A DNA stretch of 64,000 nt from a virus. Taxonomy: Duplodnaviria > Caudoviricetes. How positions within the stretch are numbered: the stretch's first letter is position 1; each line of letters opens with the position of its first letter. This document shows, piece after piece, positions 23,237-33,849 of the stretch. The translations under genes and the position numbers were made by a program. The notes below the pieces were generated by a model, which was not told where the DNA came from, ran no database searches, and saw only the letters and a list, made by a program, of their open reading frames with translations. Where the stretch lies: IMG/VR virus record IMGVR_UViG_3300050161_000042, positions 1 through 64,000 of that record. One strand, given 5' to 3'.

Positions 23237-24721
23237 ATGATATTCAAGCAAGAACAACAAGATGGTTTAGAGAGTATAATTAAAGCTAACACCAGTATAG
23301 CATACGAAATGGTTGCTAGAGAAGTTGTTGAGCCTAAGAAAGTTCTAGACCTAGAAAAGGTATTAGCTTATCAAAAAAGAGCTAACAGTAATCAGAAGGA
23401 TCTGTATTACCTCGATACAGTTTTGGTTTCTACTAACTGGAATAGAAACGATGACGTTTTTCTACCAGAAAGAGTTTGGAGTGCCAGAGCTACAGCAGAA
23501 GATAAACAATTTAACTTCATGCACAACGAAAATGACATCATCGGCCATATCACTGGCTGCTATGTAGTAGATAAAAACAATCAGATTGTTGATGATAAAG
23601 TAGTCGCTTCGGATGGTATCCCCTCTGAATTTGATATTATAACAGAATCTGTTATTTATAAAGCCTGGAGCGATCCTAAGAATCAGGAAAGAATTGACAA
23701 GATAATCGCAGAGATTAAACAAGGTCTCTGGTATGTATCAATGGAATGTCTCTTTAATGGTTTTGATTATGCAATTATAGAACCGAATGGAAATTCTGTT
23801 CTGCTAGAAAGAAGCGAAGCTTCTGCATATTTAAGTAAACACCTTAGAGCTTATGGTGGGACTGGTGAATACGAAGGATACAAAATTGGTAGAGCTTTAA
23901 AAGAGATTGCTTTCTCTGGAAAAGGTCTAGTTTCTAAGCCCGCCAACCCAAGAAGTATTATTATTAGAACTGAAGCATCCTTTAGTCCTAAGCAAGAAAT
24001 TACTAAAAGTTTCGTTATTGGAGAAAAGAATATGGAAAAAGTAGATGAAGTCCTTGCTAAACAGCTTGAGGAAACTAAAGCTCAGTTAAATAAGGCACTT
24101 GCAGAAATTGAGCAAGCTAAGGCTAACGAATCTAAGAAATTAGAAGAAGCAGTCAAGACACTCGCATCAGAAAAAGCAGAAGCCGCTACAGAAGCTGAAA
24201 AGGTTCTAGAAGGCATTAAGGCTCAGTTTGAAGCTCAAGCAAAGGCTACTAAGGTAGAACTTGATACAGCTAAGGCAGAACTTGCAGCAAAGACCGTCGA
24301 ACTTGATGCAGCTAAAGCAGAACTTGCTAAGGCAGCAGAAGACAAGAAGATGGCAGACAGAAAAGACAAGCTTGTAAAGTGTGGTTTCACACCAGAAGAA
24401 GCCGAAGCATCTGTTGCAGATTACAATGAACTAAGCGAAGCATCGTTCGACAAGATCATCTCGAAGTTTGTTCCTTTCGGAAAGAAAGACGACAAGAAAG
24501 AAGAAGACAAGAAAGACGCTAAGGCTGCTGATGACAAGAAAGAAGACAAGAAGAAAGAAGATAAGTCAGAAGCGTCTGACTCTACTTTCGAAGACGTTAA
24601 AGCCAAGGCTAGTCTAGCTGATGTTGAAACTGACACAGTTTCGCAGAACAGAAAGGCTCTAGCTGGTTGGTACGAAAGCATGATTGGTGTAAAACAAGAA
24701 ACAAGCGGAGATAGCAAATAA
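23237..24721 (+). CDS. prohead protease fused to coiled-coil scaffold
   Basis: N-terminal NWNRNDDVF...MHNE...WYVSMEC...FSGKGLVSKPAN domain, then an Ala/Glu/Lys coiled coil; GAGGT RBS. Confidence 0.75.
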   Translation: MIFKQEQQDGLESIIKANTSIAYEMVAREVVEPKKVLDLEKVLAYQKRANSNQKDLYYLDTVLVSTNWNRNDDVFLPERVWSARATAEDKQFNFMHNENDIIGHITGCYVVDKNNQIVDDKVVASDGIPSEFDIITESVIYKAWSDPKNQERIDKIIAEIKQGLWYVSMECLFNGFDYAIIEPNGNSVLLERSEASAYLSKHLRAYGGTGEYEGYKIGRALKEIAFSGKGLVSKPANPRSIIIRTEASFSPKQEITKSFVIGEKNMEKVDEVLAKQLEETKAQLNKALAEIEQAKANESKKLEEAVKTLASEKAEAATEAEKVLEGIKAQFEAQAKATKVELDTAKAELAAKTVELDAAKAELAKAAEDKKMADRKDKLVKCGFTPEEAEASVADYNELSEASFDKIISKFVPFGKKDDKKEEDKKDAKAADDKKEDKKKEDKSEASDSTFEDVKAKASLADVETDTVSQNRKALAGWYESMIGVKQETSGDSK

Positions 24722-25194
24722 TGGCACTAAAAGCAGATAGATATGAAGCAAGAACAGATATTAGCTTCTACTACAATCAAGGTGTTGCTGACAGGGGTGG
24801 TGTTGTAGTTCATGGAGCTACAGCAGGTTCCGGTGGAGCAATGGACCAGGGAGCAAACCTCGTTAGATACAAGACAGCAGCGAGCGGTGACGTTCCAGTT
24901 GGTATCTTGATGAACGACGTTGTAGACAAAGACCTAACAAGAACTCACCTTAACGTTTATAAGGACGAAGTTCAGTTAGGAAACAAAGTAACTGTCCTTA
25001 GAGGTGGTTATGTCGTAACTAACAAACTTGACAATGTTACTGTTGTTGCTGGACAAATTGCTTATGCAAGTCCTGTAAACGCAGGAAACATCACTAATAC
25101 CGGAGTACTACCTCATGCTGTTGGAAGATTCCTATCTTCTAAAGATGCTGACGGGTATGCAAAGGTTGAAGTTAATCTTCCTCTAGTAGGCTAA
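24721..25194 (+). CDS. capsid cement/decoration protein (157 aa)
   Basis: Position just before the MCP; PVGILMND...VTV..GG..V...G..AY pattern. Confidence 0.65.
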   Translation: MALKADRYEARTDISFYYNQGVADRGGVVVHGATAGSGGAMDQGANLVRYKTAASGDVPVGILMNDVVDKDLTRTHLNVYKDEVQLGNKVTVLRGGYVVTNKLDNVTVVAGQIAYASPVNAGNITNTGVLPHAVGRFLSSKDADGYAKVEVNLPLVG

Positions 25195-25211
25195 TTGGAG
25201 TATAATAGAAA

Positions 25212-26222
25212 ATGAAACTTAAATTTGAAAGACCTGATGACTCAGTTATCAGCCTGTTAAAAGAAACAGGGAACAATGATATGCAGAAAGCTTGTGCGGC
25301 TCAACATGAGTTTGCCAAGGCTATGCAAATGCCTCTAAGAAAGGCTGTACTTATTGGAAGTATTATCGAAAATATTTTCCAACAAATTCCTCTAGAGCCA
25401 GGTGCTACTGCGGAATATCCTCTAGATCTTATCGCCCCAGGAATGGAAGGTGAGCACGTAGCTTACACTAACCCTGGTCACGGTAGAATCCCTGAAAGAG
25501 CGGTTGAAAGCGATTATGTAGCGATTCCTACATACAATATTGCTTCTTCAATCGACTGGTTGCTTAGATATTCTAAGGAAGCCAAGTGGGACGTAGCTGG
25601 TAGAGCTATGGAAGTGATGAGAGCCGGTTTCACAAAGAAGATGAACGACGATGGTTGGCACACTCTTCTTGCTGCTGGTGTAGACAGAAACATTCTTGTT
25701 TACGATGCTGATGCTCCTGCCGGTATGTTCACAAAGAGATTGGTTTCCACTCTCCAGAACACAATGAGAAGAAATTCTGGTGGTAACACTGGATCGGCTG
25801 GAAGAGGAAGACTGACTGACCTATACGTTAGTCCAGAAGCCCTTCAAGACGTAAGAGGTTGGGGATTGGATCAAGTAGACGAAATCACTAGAAGAGAAAT
25901 CTACGTTGCTACCGAAAACGGTGCTCCGATTACTAGAATCTTCGGTGTTAATCTACACGACCTTGATGAACTTGGCGAAGGTCAAGAATATCAACAGTTC
26001 TTCCTAACTCAACTTGGTGGTGAACTAGAAGCTTCGGACAAGGAACTTGTAATTGGTCTGGACCTATCCTCAACAGATAGTTTCGTGATGCCAGTTAAGG
26101 CTCCAATCGAAATCTTCGAAGACCCAACAATGCACAGACAACAAAGAGTTGGTTTCTACGGATGGACAGAAATTGGTTTCGGTGTTCTAGACAATAGAAG
26201 AATTATCCTAGGATCGTTCTAA
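25212..26222 (+). CDS. major capsid protein (336 aa)
   Basis: Head-module position and size; strong terminator after; C-terminal G-F-Y-G-W..IG..V.DNRRI pattern. Confidence 0.85.
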   Translation: MKLKFERPDDSVISLLKETGNNDMQKACAAQHEFAKAMQMPLRKAVLIGSIIENIFQQIPLEPGATAEYPLDLIAPGMEGEHVAYTNPGHGRIPERAVESDYVAIPTYNIASSIDWLLRYSKEAKWDVAGRAMEVMRAGFTKKMNDDGWHTLLAAGVDRNILVYDADAPAGMFTKRLVSTLQNTMRRNSGGNTGSAGRGRLTDLYVSPEALQDVRGWGLDQVDEITRREIYVATENGAPITRIFGVNLHDLDELGEGQEYQQFFLTQLGGELEASDKELVIGLDLSSTDSFVMPVKAPIEIFEDPTMHRQQRVGFYGWTEIGFGVLDNRRIILGSF

Positions 26223-26253
26223 TCGAAAACTAAGTACAAATAGACTATAATAA

Positions 26254-26286
26254 GATGGGAGTCACCACAAATGACTCCCATTTTTT
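26254..26286 (+). terminator. rho-independent terminator
   Basis: ATGGGAGTCA-CCACAAA-TGACTCCCAT followed by a T-tract. Confidence 0.9.
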
Positions 26287-26321
26287 ATTGAATTCATAGT
26301 AAAACTAAGGATTTTCTTTTC

Positions 26322-26330
26322 GTGTATAAT
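26322..26330 (+). promoter_or_regulatory. late promoter motif GTGTATAAT
   Basis: Between the MCP terminator and ATG 26363. Confidence 0.65.
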
Positions 26331-26362
26331 AGGGTATCAACCAAGGAAAATAGGAGTACAAT

Positions 26363-26827
26363 ATGTCGGCATTATCTGATTACTTAGAGTCTGGTGTTCT
26401 TAACAGCATTTTTAGGGGCGTTTCATTCACGCCACCATCTAGAATAGCTATTGCCTTAACCAGAGGCGTTCCTACACAAAACCAAAATGGTACTACCATT
26501 GATGAAGTTTTACCAACTGGTGTTGGTGGAGTGGACAATGGGTACACTAGAGTTTTGGTAAGTGTTAGTAATAACAATAGTCAAAAATGGTCTTATAGAC
26601 CAGAAAATCACACAAACGAAAGTGGCGTTATTCAAAACGCAAACAACGTAGTATTTAATACAGCCCTGGCAGACTGGGGAACTGTTTCTGGAATTGCCAT
26701 TCTTGATAATGAAGTAAGAGGTTCTGGAAACCTACTATTCTTTGCTGAACTAGAGCAACCAAGAACTGTCTATACTGGAGACAACGTAAAGTTTAATACA
26801 AATGAACTAAGAATTATGTTGCAATAA
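26363..26827 (+). CDS. virion structural (tail/fibre adaptor-type) protein (154 aa)
   Basis: MSALSDYLE...YTRV...VVFNTA..DWGTV..IAI.D....GNLLF pattern typical of phage tail proteins. Confidence 0.7.
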   Translation: MSALSDYLESGVLNSIFRGVSFTPPSRIAIALTRGVPTQNQNGTTIDEVLPTGVGGVDNGYTRVLVSVSNNNSQKWSYRPENHTNESGVIQNANNVVFNTALADWGTVSGIAILDNEVRGSGNLLFFAELEQPRTVYTGDNVKFNTNELRIMLQ

Positions 26828-26840
26828 TCCAGGTTTCTAG

Positions 26841-29800
26841 ATGACACAAAAAACAAAAGCAGAACTAGTTAACAGTATCAACACGGATATTGTTTCAAAC
26901 AGCGAGAAAAGGGTTACACCAGAAGACATTAGGAGAAACATGATCGATATAGTCGATTCTATTTCTATATTGTCTACTGATGAGTATATCGTTTCTGCTA
27001 ATATTTCTACGCCTATAACTAGAAATACCAGAGTTGGTATTGAAGCTCTAGATAAAGCTGGAGTTGTTCCTGGTTATAATAGTAATGATAATACCGCTGG
27101 TGGTTTTCATGCCCTATATGCAAACTACAATGGTGATGGTAATTCTGCTTGGGGTTCTTATGCCCTTGGTTGTAACATCTATGGCGAAGAAAATACTGCC
27201 ATTGGATGGTATACTCTTTCGGTAAATCAAGATGGTGATAAGAATGTCGCCCTTGGTTCTCATGCCCTTAAGAATCTAAAACATGGTAATAACAATATAG
27301 GTATTGGCTCATATGCCGGATACTATATTGGTGAAAGTGATAACTTTAAATTCTTCTTAGGTTCCCATGACCTAACGCCGCAAGAAACATGTGATAATCC
27401 ATCAGGTAGTGGAATTACTCCACTTATGTATGGTGATCTTCTAAATAACGTTCTTGTTATTGGTTATACTCAACTTCATAACGAAGGAAAGCTACAGGTT
27501 AATGGATCTGTTACTCCAGCGAGAATGATTAGTGAGGTTTCAGAGCCAGGAAATCTTGGTAGTACAAACTATCCCTGGAATAAAGTATATCTAAGAGAAA
27601 TCAACAGCGATTTGCCCTATGTATCTGTTAATAACAACCTGATCCCAACAGAAGATGGTGTGTTTACTCTGGGCGATCAAACTCATAGATGGAATACTGC
27701 CTATATCAACAATATTGTTGTTAACGGGTCTGCTGCTATCAATGACTTACAATACAATCAAATAACAGAATCACAGTATCTTAATAGAACACTCTATCTA
27801 GCATCTAGTGGAGTAAACTCTATGAGTAGTGCTCCACTTCCTTATTTAACAGATGAAGGTATTGATGGTGGAGGTGTTGTTATTCAATCTTCTGGAGTTA
27901 GTTACAGAAGAAACTATTCAATGCTCTATAGAGCACCTAATCTAACTTGGACATATGCTAATACAGCTTTTGCTAAATCAAGTTGGGAATCTAACATCAG
28001 CTTTGTTGTACAACCAGACTGTTTTATAAAGACAGACAGACTGATTGGTAGAAGCAAACTTCTCATCAGTAATGATACACCCACAAGAAACGGTTTCACT
28101 GTTGATGACCATATAGTAATTGGTAAAGAAAGTCTTAGAGATGAATACTACGGTTGGGAATTTGGTGGTCAGTTTAACCACATAGTAGATAGCGGAGTTT
28201 CAATATACTCTCAAAACGTATTTGCCAAGGGTTCTGGTATATCTATTGAGAGCAATGAGCTATCTAGATACGATGGAACTTTAGATGAAATATATGGATT
28301 CTCTTCGACGTATGATGATAAGAACGGAAAAATCAAGAAAAGATTTATTGGATATGCTGGCAGTCCAAGCGGAACTTGTTCATTTGCAATTGATGCCCTA
28401 AATGGTAAAGCTGGTTTCTCTAATAGAAATATAGACTTTGATCCAATTACTACTTTCAATATCTTCGGAAGTGGAAATTCAGTATTAAGAAACTCATCCG
28501 TAAATAAAGCCTCGATACAGCTTTCTGTTGATGATAATAACTTAGTAAAGGGATTAGATATTTCTCACTCGGCGGCGGATAACAAAACGAGGGTTAGTAT
28601 CTATAGGGCAGCTTCTCTATATGAAGTGTTTAACTTCGCAGAAAGTGGATTTGCCCACAATACTCCTGTATCTATATTAGAAACAAGCGGTACAGTAGTA
28701 GCACAAGAAGGTTACGGTACTCTTATCGTAAGACCTAACTCAAGCCCAACTAGATCACAATCTATCTTCTTACAAGATGATGAAGGTAGAGAGTTTGATC
28801 TTCTAGCAGATGGTGGAGACATCTTTGGTGATGATTTCGTATACCATGATGCAAAAAGAAATACATTACTAGGATATTTTGATACAGATACAAAGGAAAA
28901 GATTTATGCAAGCGGTGGATATGAAAATACAGCCATTGGTCACGAAGCTCTTGATGGTTTGGTTACTGGTAGCGGCAATATTGCTTTGGGTTACAGATCA
29001 GGATATGGAATTAAGTCAGGAAAGAACAATGTTCTAATTGGACATTCTCTTGCTACTACAGACTTATCTAATGCCCTACTTATTGGTAATGGAACTAATG
29101 TAATAGTTTATGGGGAAATTCCCACAAGTTCTGGTGCTGGATTCTTTGGCGTTGATGAAAAGTTTGAAATCACTAAGAAAGATGCAACCGACAAGGTTGA
29201 GATAGTACAAGAAAATCGTGATACTATCATCAGAAAGGTTAGTAAGGGTAAAAATCTACAGACAGAAATTGTTGATGAACTTGGCGGATTTATGGGAAGC
29301 AAACCCACATCTAGCCTATTCTTTGATTTTGTAGGTACTACGACACATAGATTGCTTGAGCTTAATGCTTCTGGTAATTTAAATTCTTCATATGTTTTTA
29401 CAAATACAAGACCATATGCAACACTTAAGGGCGATTTGAATCTATACGGCGATCTTAGATTCCCAGATGGAAGTGCTATTACATCAGCTAGCGGATTACA
29501 GATAACCGCCGGTACTGGTATTGCTATAAATTCTATTTCGGGCGTTAAAGAGATCTCGTTTAGTATTAGCAATATTCCAACCTATGGTGGTCCTATAGCT
29601 AGTGTTGATTCTAATCTAGTAGTAGAAACAAGCGGTGTTGTTAAGAGATGCCCAGTATCTCAACTGATGCAGTATGTTAATCATACTAATCCACAAATGT
29701 ACTTTAACTGTCCAGGCGGATATAACTTAGTACTATCTAATAACTCAGCTATCTATCATAATCAAAATTGCAATACAATATTTGGTGGTAATGAAGCTGG

Positions 29801-30581
29801 CGATGATGCGGAAGGATTCACTAATAGCGTTGTATTGGGTACGCAAGCTGGACAAGAAGCTTACTTTAATAATTCTTCGCTAACTATAGATACTGCCGCA
29901 GTATTCATTGGATACAATGCTGGTAGAAAATCTAGAAATGCTGATAACTCAATCTTTATTGGACCTTCTGCTGGTCAACATTCTGTAAATACAGATAATT
30001 CTATTTTCATCGGTAACTCTGCTGGAGAAAGTTCTAAGTCTTCTAAATCTATTTCGATTGGTGATAATACCCTTGAAACAGTAGAGGGAGAAAACAATAT
30101 AGAAATAGTTGGCAACAGAGAAGACTTTAATAGAATTCTTGGCGGAAGAATAGACCACAAGATGAGTCTTGGTGCCGTTGTTGCTGCCGATACATGTGTT
30201 GGTAGAGTATCTGTTGGTGGTGCTGCTAGAGTATTCCCAACAGCCTCTGTAGAATCATCATCTAAGTTTGGTGATAATGCTGTTCCTGTTCACAAGTGGT
30301 TTAATGCTGCTGGTGATTTAGTAGCATATTTAGATCAACAGGGCAATATGGTTCTTAAGGGAGCCGTAATGACATCATCTTATATGAACGAATCAAATCT
30401 TGTTCCTGGGGTTATGCCTACCGGATTACCATGTGGAAATCAGAATATATCTGGTAACACACCAACTGTTGTTCTACCAAATACTGGTGGAGACAATGGA
30501 GATAATGGTAGCGGTGGAAATACTGATCTACCTCCTAGCGGATACATGTTAGGTTACACTCCAATCTACAATGAAATATAG
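26841..30581 (+). CDS. long tail fibre/spike protein with NTAxGxxAL-type beta-roll repeats (1246 aa)
   Basis: Repeats ENTAIGWYTL, KNVALGSHAL, ENTAIGHEAL, NSIFIGxSAG. Confidence 0.75.
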   Translation: MTQKTKAELVNSINTDIVSNSEKRVTPEDIRRNMIDIVDSISILSTDEYIVSANISTPITRNTRVGIEALDKAGVVPGYNSNDNTAGGFHALYANYNGDGNSAWGSYALGCNIYGEENTAIGWYTLSVNQDGDKNVALGSHALKNLKHGNNNIGIGSYAGYYIGESDNFKFFLGSHDLTPQETCDNPSGSGITPLMYGDLLNNVLVIGYTQLHNEGKLQVNGSVTPARMISEVSEPGNLGSTNYPWNKVYLREINSDLPYVSVNNNLIPTEDGVFTLGDQTHRWNTAYINNIVVNGSAAINDLQYNQITESQYLNRTLYLASSGVNSMSSAPLPYLTDEGIDGGGVVIQSSGVSYRRNYSMLYRAPNLTWTYANTAFAKSSWESNISFVVQPDCFIKTDRLIGRSKLLISNDTPTRNGFTVDDHIVIGKESLRDEYYGWEFGGQFNHIVDSGVSIYSQNVFAKGSGISIESNELSRYDGTLDEIYGFSSTYDDKNGKIKKRFIGYAGSPSGTCSFAIDALNGKAGFSNRNIDFDPITTFNIFGSGNSVLRNSSVNKASIQLSVDDNNLVKGLDISHSAADNKTRVSIYRAASLYEVFNFAESGFAHNTPVSILETSGTVVAQEGYGTLIVRPNSSPTRSQSIFLQDDEGREFDLLADGGDIFGDDFVYHDAKRNTLLGYFDTDTKEKIYASGGYENTAIGHEALDGLVTGSGNIALGYRSGYGIKSGKNNVLIGHSLATTDLSNALLIGNGTNVIVYGEIPTSSGAGFFGVDEKFEITKKDATDKVEIVQENRDTIIRKVSKGKNLQTEIVDELGGFMGSKPTSSLFFDFVGTTTHRLLELNASGNLNSSYVFTNTRPYATLKGDLNLYGDLRFPDGSAITSASGLQITAGTGIAINSISGVKEISFSISNIPTYGGPIASVDSNLVVETSGVVKRCPVSQLMQYVNHTNPQMYFNCPGGYNLVLSNNSAIYHNQNCNTIFGGNEAGDDAEGFTNSVVLGTQAGQEAYFNNSSLTIDTAAVFIGYNAGRKSRNADNSIFIGPSAGQHSVNTDNSIFIGNSAGESSKSSKSISIGDNTLETVEGENNIEIVGNREDFNRILGGRIDHKMSLGAVVAADTCVGRVSVGGAARVFPTASVESSSKFGDNAVPVHKWFNAAGDLVAYLDQQGNMVLKGAVMTSSYMNESNLVPGVMPTGLPCGNQNISGNTPTVVLPNTGGDNGDNGSGGNTDLPPSGYMLGYTPIYNEI

Positions 30582-30589
30582 GAAATAAT

Positions 30590-32077
30590 ATGGGAAGCTT
30601 TACAAAAACAATCAATCCTACAAACTTTAATCTTGGTAATGGTCTAATATCATCTACTAATATTTTTCAACCATTGAATTACAATACAAATTTTAATGGA
30701 ACTTTCGTTGATAGCGTTGATTATGGTTTGATATTAGGATTAAGTACTTATGCATATTCTGGAACAAAACCGATCCATCTTGATCTTTATGGGGTTTCTT
30801 ATTTTAATCAAGACTATTTAGCTGGACCTTATGTAAATAATATAGCACCAGTAAATCATCAGTCAGCAAGTAGTCCATTTGCAAGGTTTAAATTAACACC
30901 AGGAGATCTATATTTAGTTGGTGGAATGTATGTTCCTTGCAACGGAAGCATTTCTTTAACAAATGTAAATAACTACTTTGTAGAGAAAACAATATCTATA
31001 GCTTCTAGTCCTCAGTCTAAACTAAAGATGTTTTTAAACTTTAGTACTGTTAGTACTCAGTCTATTTATTATAGACCTTCTACAAACTTTTTCAATCTTT
31101 ATGCCGGTACTTATTGGCAGGGAACAAACTTGACAATAAATGACCCAGATAGTCAACCGACTTCTAAGGTTTGTTTTAGAATTCTAGCTAATAATGTTGT
31201 TGTATTTGATCTTAGAAATAACTTCGTTGGCAACATTGATGTCACTATTCCTCCTGGCACAACAAGTATTAAATTTGAAACATATGATGAAGCGTTTCCG
31301 ACAGGAACTCCGACTAACTACTTCAAGAATGCAGATTACTATGTAATTTACAATAATCTTAGAATTAACGTAGAAGGACAACCAAGTAGACCAATTGGTA
31401 ATGATACTAGATTGGGAACTGGTTATTCATATCTAGAGGCTATTAGATCATCTTCACTTAGCGTTACAGATGTTGATAATAATGGATATCACGATATTAT
31501 TCTTGGTCAGTCTGAATCAGATAGACCAGTTAGTTATTATGTAGTAGGTGATGACTGGAAAGATCCAAACTTTAGACCATTGAATACAAATAGAAATGTT
31601 TGTCTAGAGTTTCCTAATATAGATTTTAGTGATATTGATGAAGATGAAAGAATTGAATTAGTTCTAGATGTTATTGATATTAATACAGACGAAGCAGAAG
31701 AACAATATGACCACCTAGGAATTTCAAAACCTATTACTAGAGAATTCTACAAGTTTGGAGATAATGCTACTGATTCGCCTCCAAATACTAGAAGGGCTAG
31801 AATGAATTGCTCTGTAGCTAGAGCAGATTTTGTTGATACAGTTGTTGCAATATCTACTGGTCCTAGTAATCATACTGTTGCCCCTAAAGTTGCTATAAAG
31901 GGCGGTATACTTATCTATGATATCACAGATGCAGTAAAAGACTCTATAATAGCTGGTAGACAGAAGATAGTTGTGTGGTTAACATACGATGAAGGAACTA
32001 GGGATAAGTATGTTACCTTTAGAATAGGTAATACAGAACAAAACAAACCAAGGATAAGATTCAAGCCTAAACCATGA
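30590..32077 (+). CDS. beta-rich virion protein with possible C-terminal carbohydrate-binding module (495 aa)
   Basis: Asn/Thr/Tyr-rich; C-terminal YDITDAV...TFRIGNTEQNKPRI resembles DNRLRE/CBM96-like ends. Confidence 0.6.
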   Translation: MGSFTKTINPTNFNLGNGLISSTNIFQPLNYNTNFNGTFVDSVDYGLILGLSTYAYSGTKPIHLDLYGVSYFNQDYLAGPYVNNIAPVNHQSASSPFARFKLTPGDLYLVGGMYVPCNGSISLTNVNNYFVEKTISIASSPQSKLKMFLNFSTVSTQSIYYRPSTNFFNLYAGTYWQGTNLTINDPDSQPTSKVCFRILANNVVVFDLRNNFVGNIDVTIPPGTTSIKFETYDEAFPTGTPTNYFKNADYYVIYNNLRINVEGQPSRPIGNDTRLGTGYSYLEAIRSSSLSVTDVDNNGYHDIILGQSESDRPVSYYVVGDDWKDPNFRPLNTNRNVCLEFPNIDFSDIDEDERIELVLDVIDINTDEAEEQYDHLGISKPITREFYKFGDNATDSPPNTRRARMNCSVARADFVDTVVAISTGPSNHTVAPKVAIKGGILIYDITDAVKDSIIAGRQKIVVWLTYDEGTRDKYVTFRIGNTEQNKPRIRFKPKP

Positions 32078-32754
32078 AAGTAGCGGTAATAAGTAGATAC
32101 AAAGAAGATTGTAGTTGGGTTAAACATTTGGAAGTAGATCATGTGTTTATTTACAACAAGGGAAAAAAGATAGAAATAAAATTCGGCCCTAATGTATCTA
32201 TTGAAGACTTGCCTAATACCGGAAGAGAAGCTCATACTTGGGCTTATCACTTTTTAAAGAATTATGATGATCTAGCTGATAATACATTTTTACTACAGGG
32301 CGATCCATTCGAACACTCTGGGGATTTGTATAGCAGACTAAAACATGATTACATCGAGCCAACCTCGTTGACCAGTCAGTATAAGTCCAATTGGCCCCCT
32401 CCAGACTTTAAAAGAAAAGAAAAGACAATTTATCCATTCGGACACACGGTAAGACTCGGACATATTTCCTGCTATAGCGGTGGGTTCATTGACGACACAA
32501 GAGCTTGGTTTAAGGAAAGATGGGAATTCATATTCGAGGGCGATGCCCCTAAAGAATTTTACTATCCATATGGTGCGATGTGGGCTGTTCCTAGAAAAAC
32601 AGTTCTAATAAGAGACAAGAGTTTCTGGTTTATACTAGAGATGCTTTTAAGAAACTTCAAAACAGCAAAAATGTCGGATACAATAATTGACCCCTGGGCG
32701 ATGGAAGCTCTATGGCCCGCAGTATTTGATTCACAGTATAGGACTAAGTTTTAA
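32074..32754 (+). CDS. DUF3431-family (glycosyltransferase-like) protein
   Basis: VISRYKEDCSW, IYNKG, LPNTGREAHT, FLLQGDPFEH. Confidence 0.8.
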   Translation: MKVAVISRYKEDCSWVKHLEVDHVFIYNKGKKIEIKFGPNVSIEDLPNTGREAHTWAYHFLKNYDDLADNTFLLQGDPFEHSGDLYSRLKHDYIEPTSLTSQYKSNWPPPDFKRKEKTIYPFGHTVRLGHISCYSGGFIDDTRAWFKERWEFIFEGDAPKEFYYPYGAMWAVPRKTVLIRDKSFWFILEMLLRNFKTAKMSDTIIDPWAMEALWPAVFDSQYRTKF

Positions 32755-33827
32755 TGTACGATTACATGGTTGTTGGTTGCGGATTATTTGGTTCTGTGTT
32801 TTCGAATATAGTTGCAGATAAAGGCAAAAAAGTACTACTGATTGATAAAAGGACTCACATAGCCGGTAATTGCTACACTGAGCAGATCGAGGGAATCGAG
32901 GTTCATAAATACGGCCCACATATATTCCATACAAATTCCAAAGATATTTGGGACTATGTAAACCGATTTGCAGAATTCAATAACTTTGTACTTAATACGA
33001 AAGCTAAGTATGATGACAAGATATACTCACTTCCTATTAACATGAATACATTCTATGAACTTTGGGGAGTTACTGAGCCTAAAGAAGCTAGAAAGATACT
33101 TGAAACTTCAAAAGTTAAAATAGACAACCCAAAGAACCTAGAAGAATATGCACTGTCTCAACTTGGTACAGAAATATACGATAAGTTCTTCTATGGCTAC
33201 ACCAAGAAACAATGGGGAACTGATCCTAAGAATTTGCCCGCAAGTATAATCAAAAGATTGCCTATCAGATATACTTACGATAACAACTATTTTAATGATA
33301 AATACCAGGGCATTCCTGTCGGTGGTTATACAAGAATGGTTGGTAACATGATAGATCACCCTAACATAGAAATAAAGCTAGGAGCCGAGTTTAACTGGGA
33401 AGGTTTGGCTAGGAATATTGTTTATACTGGCGGGATCGATACTCTGTTTAATTATCAATTTGGAGAGTTAGAGTATAGATCACTTAGATTTGAGCATTCA
33501 ATAAAAGATGGAGATATTCAGGGATGTGCAGTATTAAACCATACAGAAGCTTATATTCCCTATACTAGGACAATTGAGCACAAGCATTTTGAGAAGAAGA
33601 TTACAGATAAAAGTGTAATTACTAGAGAATACCCACAGTCATGGGATAAAGACAAAGAAGCCTATTATCCTGTTTCAAACGAATCTAGTAGTAACTTATA
33701 CAATAGATATTTAGAGCTTTCAAAAGGTCTAGATAACATGTTTATAGGTGGAAGATTGGGTTCTTATAAATATTGGGATATGGATCAAACAATTGGTTCT
33801 TCAATGAAGTTGGCTAAAAGTGTATAA
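32754..33827 (+). CDS. glf: UDP-galactopyranose mutase
   Basis: YDYMVVGCGLFG, HIAGNCY, VHKYGPHIFHT, YQGIPVGGY, YRSL, GRLGSYKYWDMDQ. Confidence 0.95.
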   Translation: MYDYMVVGCGLFGSVFSNIVADKGKKVLLIDKRTHIAGNCYTEQIEGIEVHKYGPHIFHTNSKDIWDYVNRFAEFNNFVLNTKAKYDDKIYSLPINMNTFYELWGVTEPKEARKILETSKVKIDNPKNLEEYALSQLGTEIYDKFFYGYTKKQWGTDPKNLPASIIKRLPIRYTYDNNYFNDKYQGIPVGGYTRMVGNMIDHPNIEIKLGAEFNWEGLARNIVYTGGIDTLFNYQFGELEYRSLRFEHSIKDGDIQGCAVLNHTEAYIPYTRTIEHKHFEKKITDKSVITREYPQSWDKDKEAYYPVSNESSSNLYNRYLELSKGLDNMFIGGRLGSYKYWDMDQTIGSSMKLAKSV

Positions 33828-33829
33828 AT
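33820..33829 (+). promoter_or_regulatory. late promoter motif variant GTGTATAAAT
   Basis: Overlaps the glf stop, ~20 bp before ATG 33850. Confidence 0.5.
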
Positions 33830-33849
33830 TCTTATAGAGGTAACAAAAA

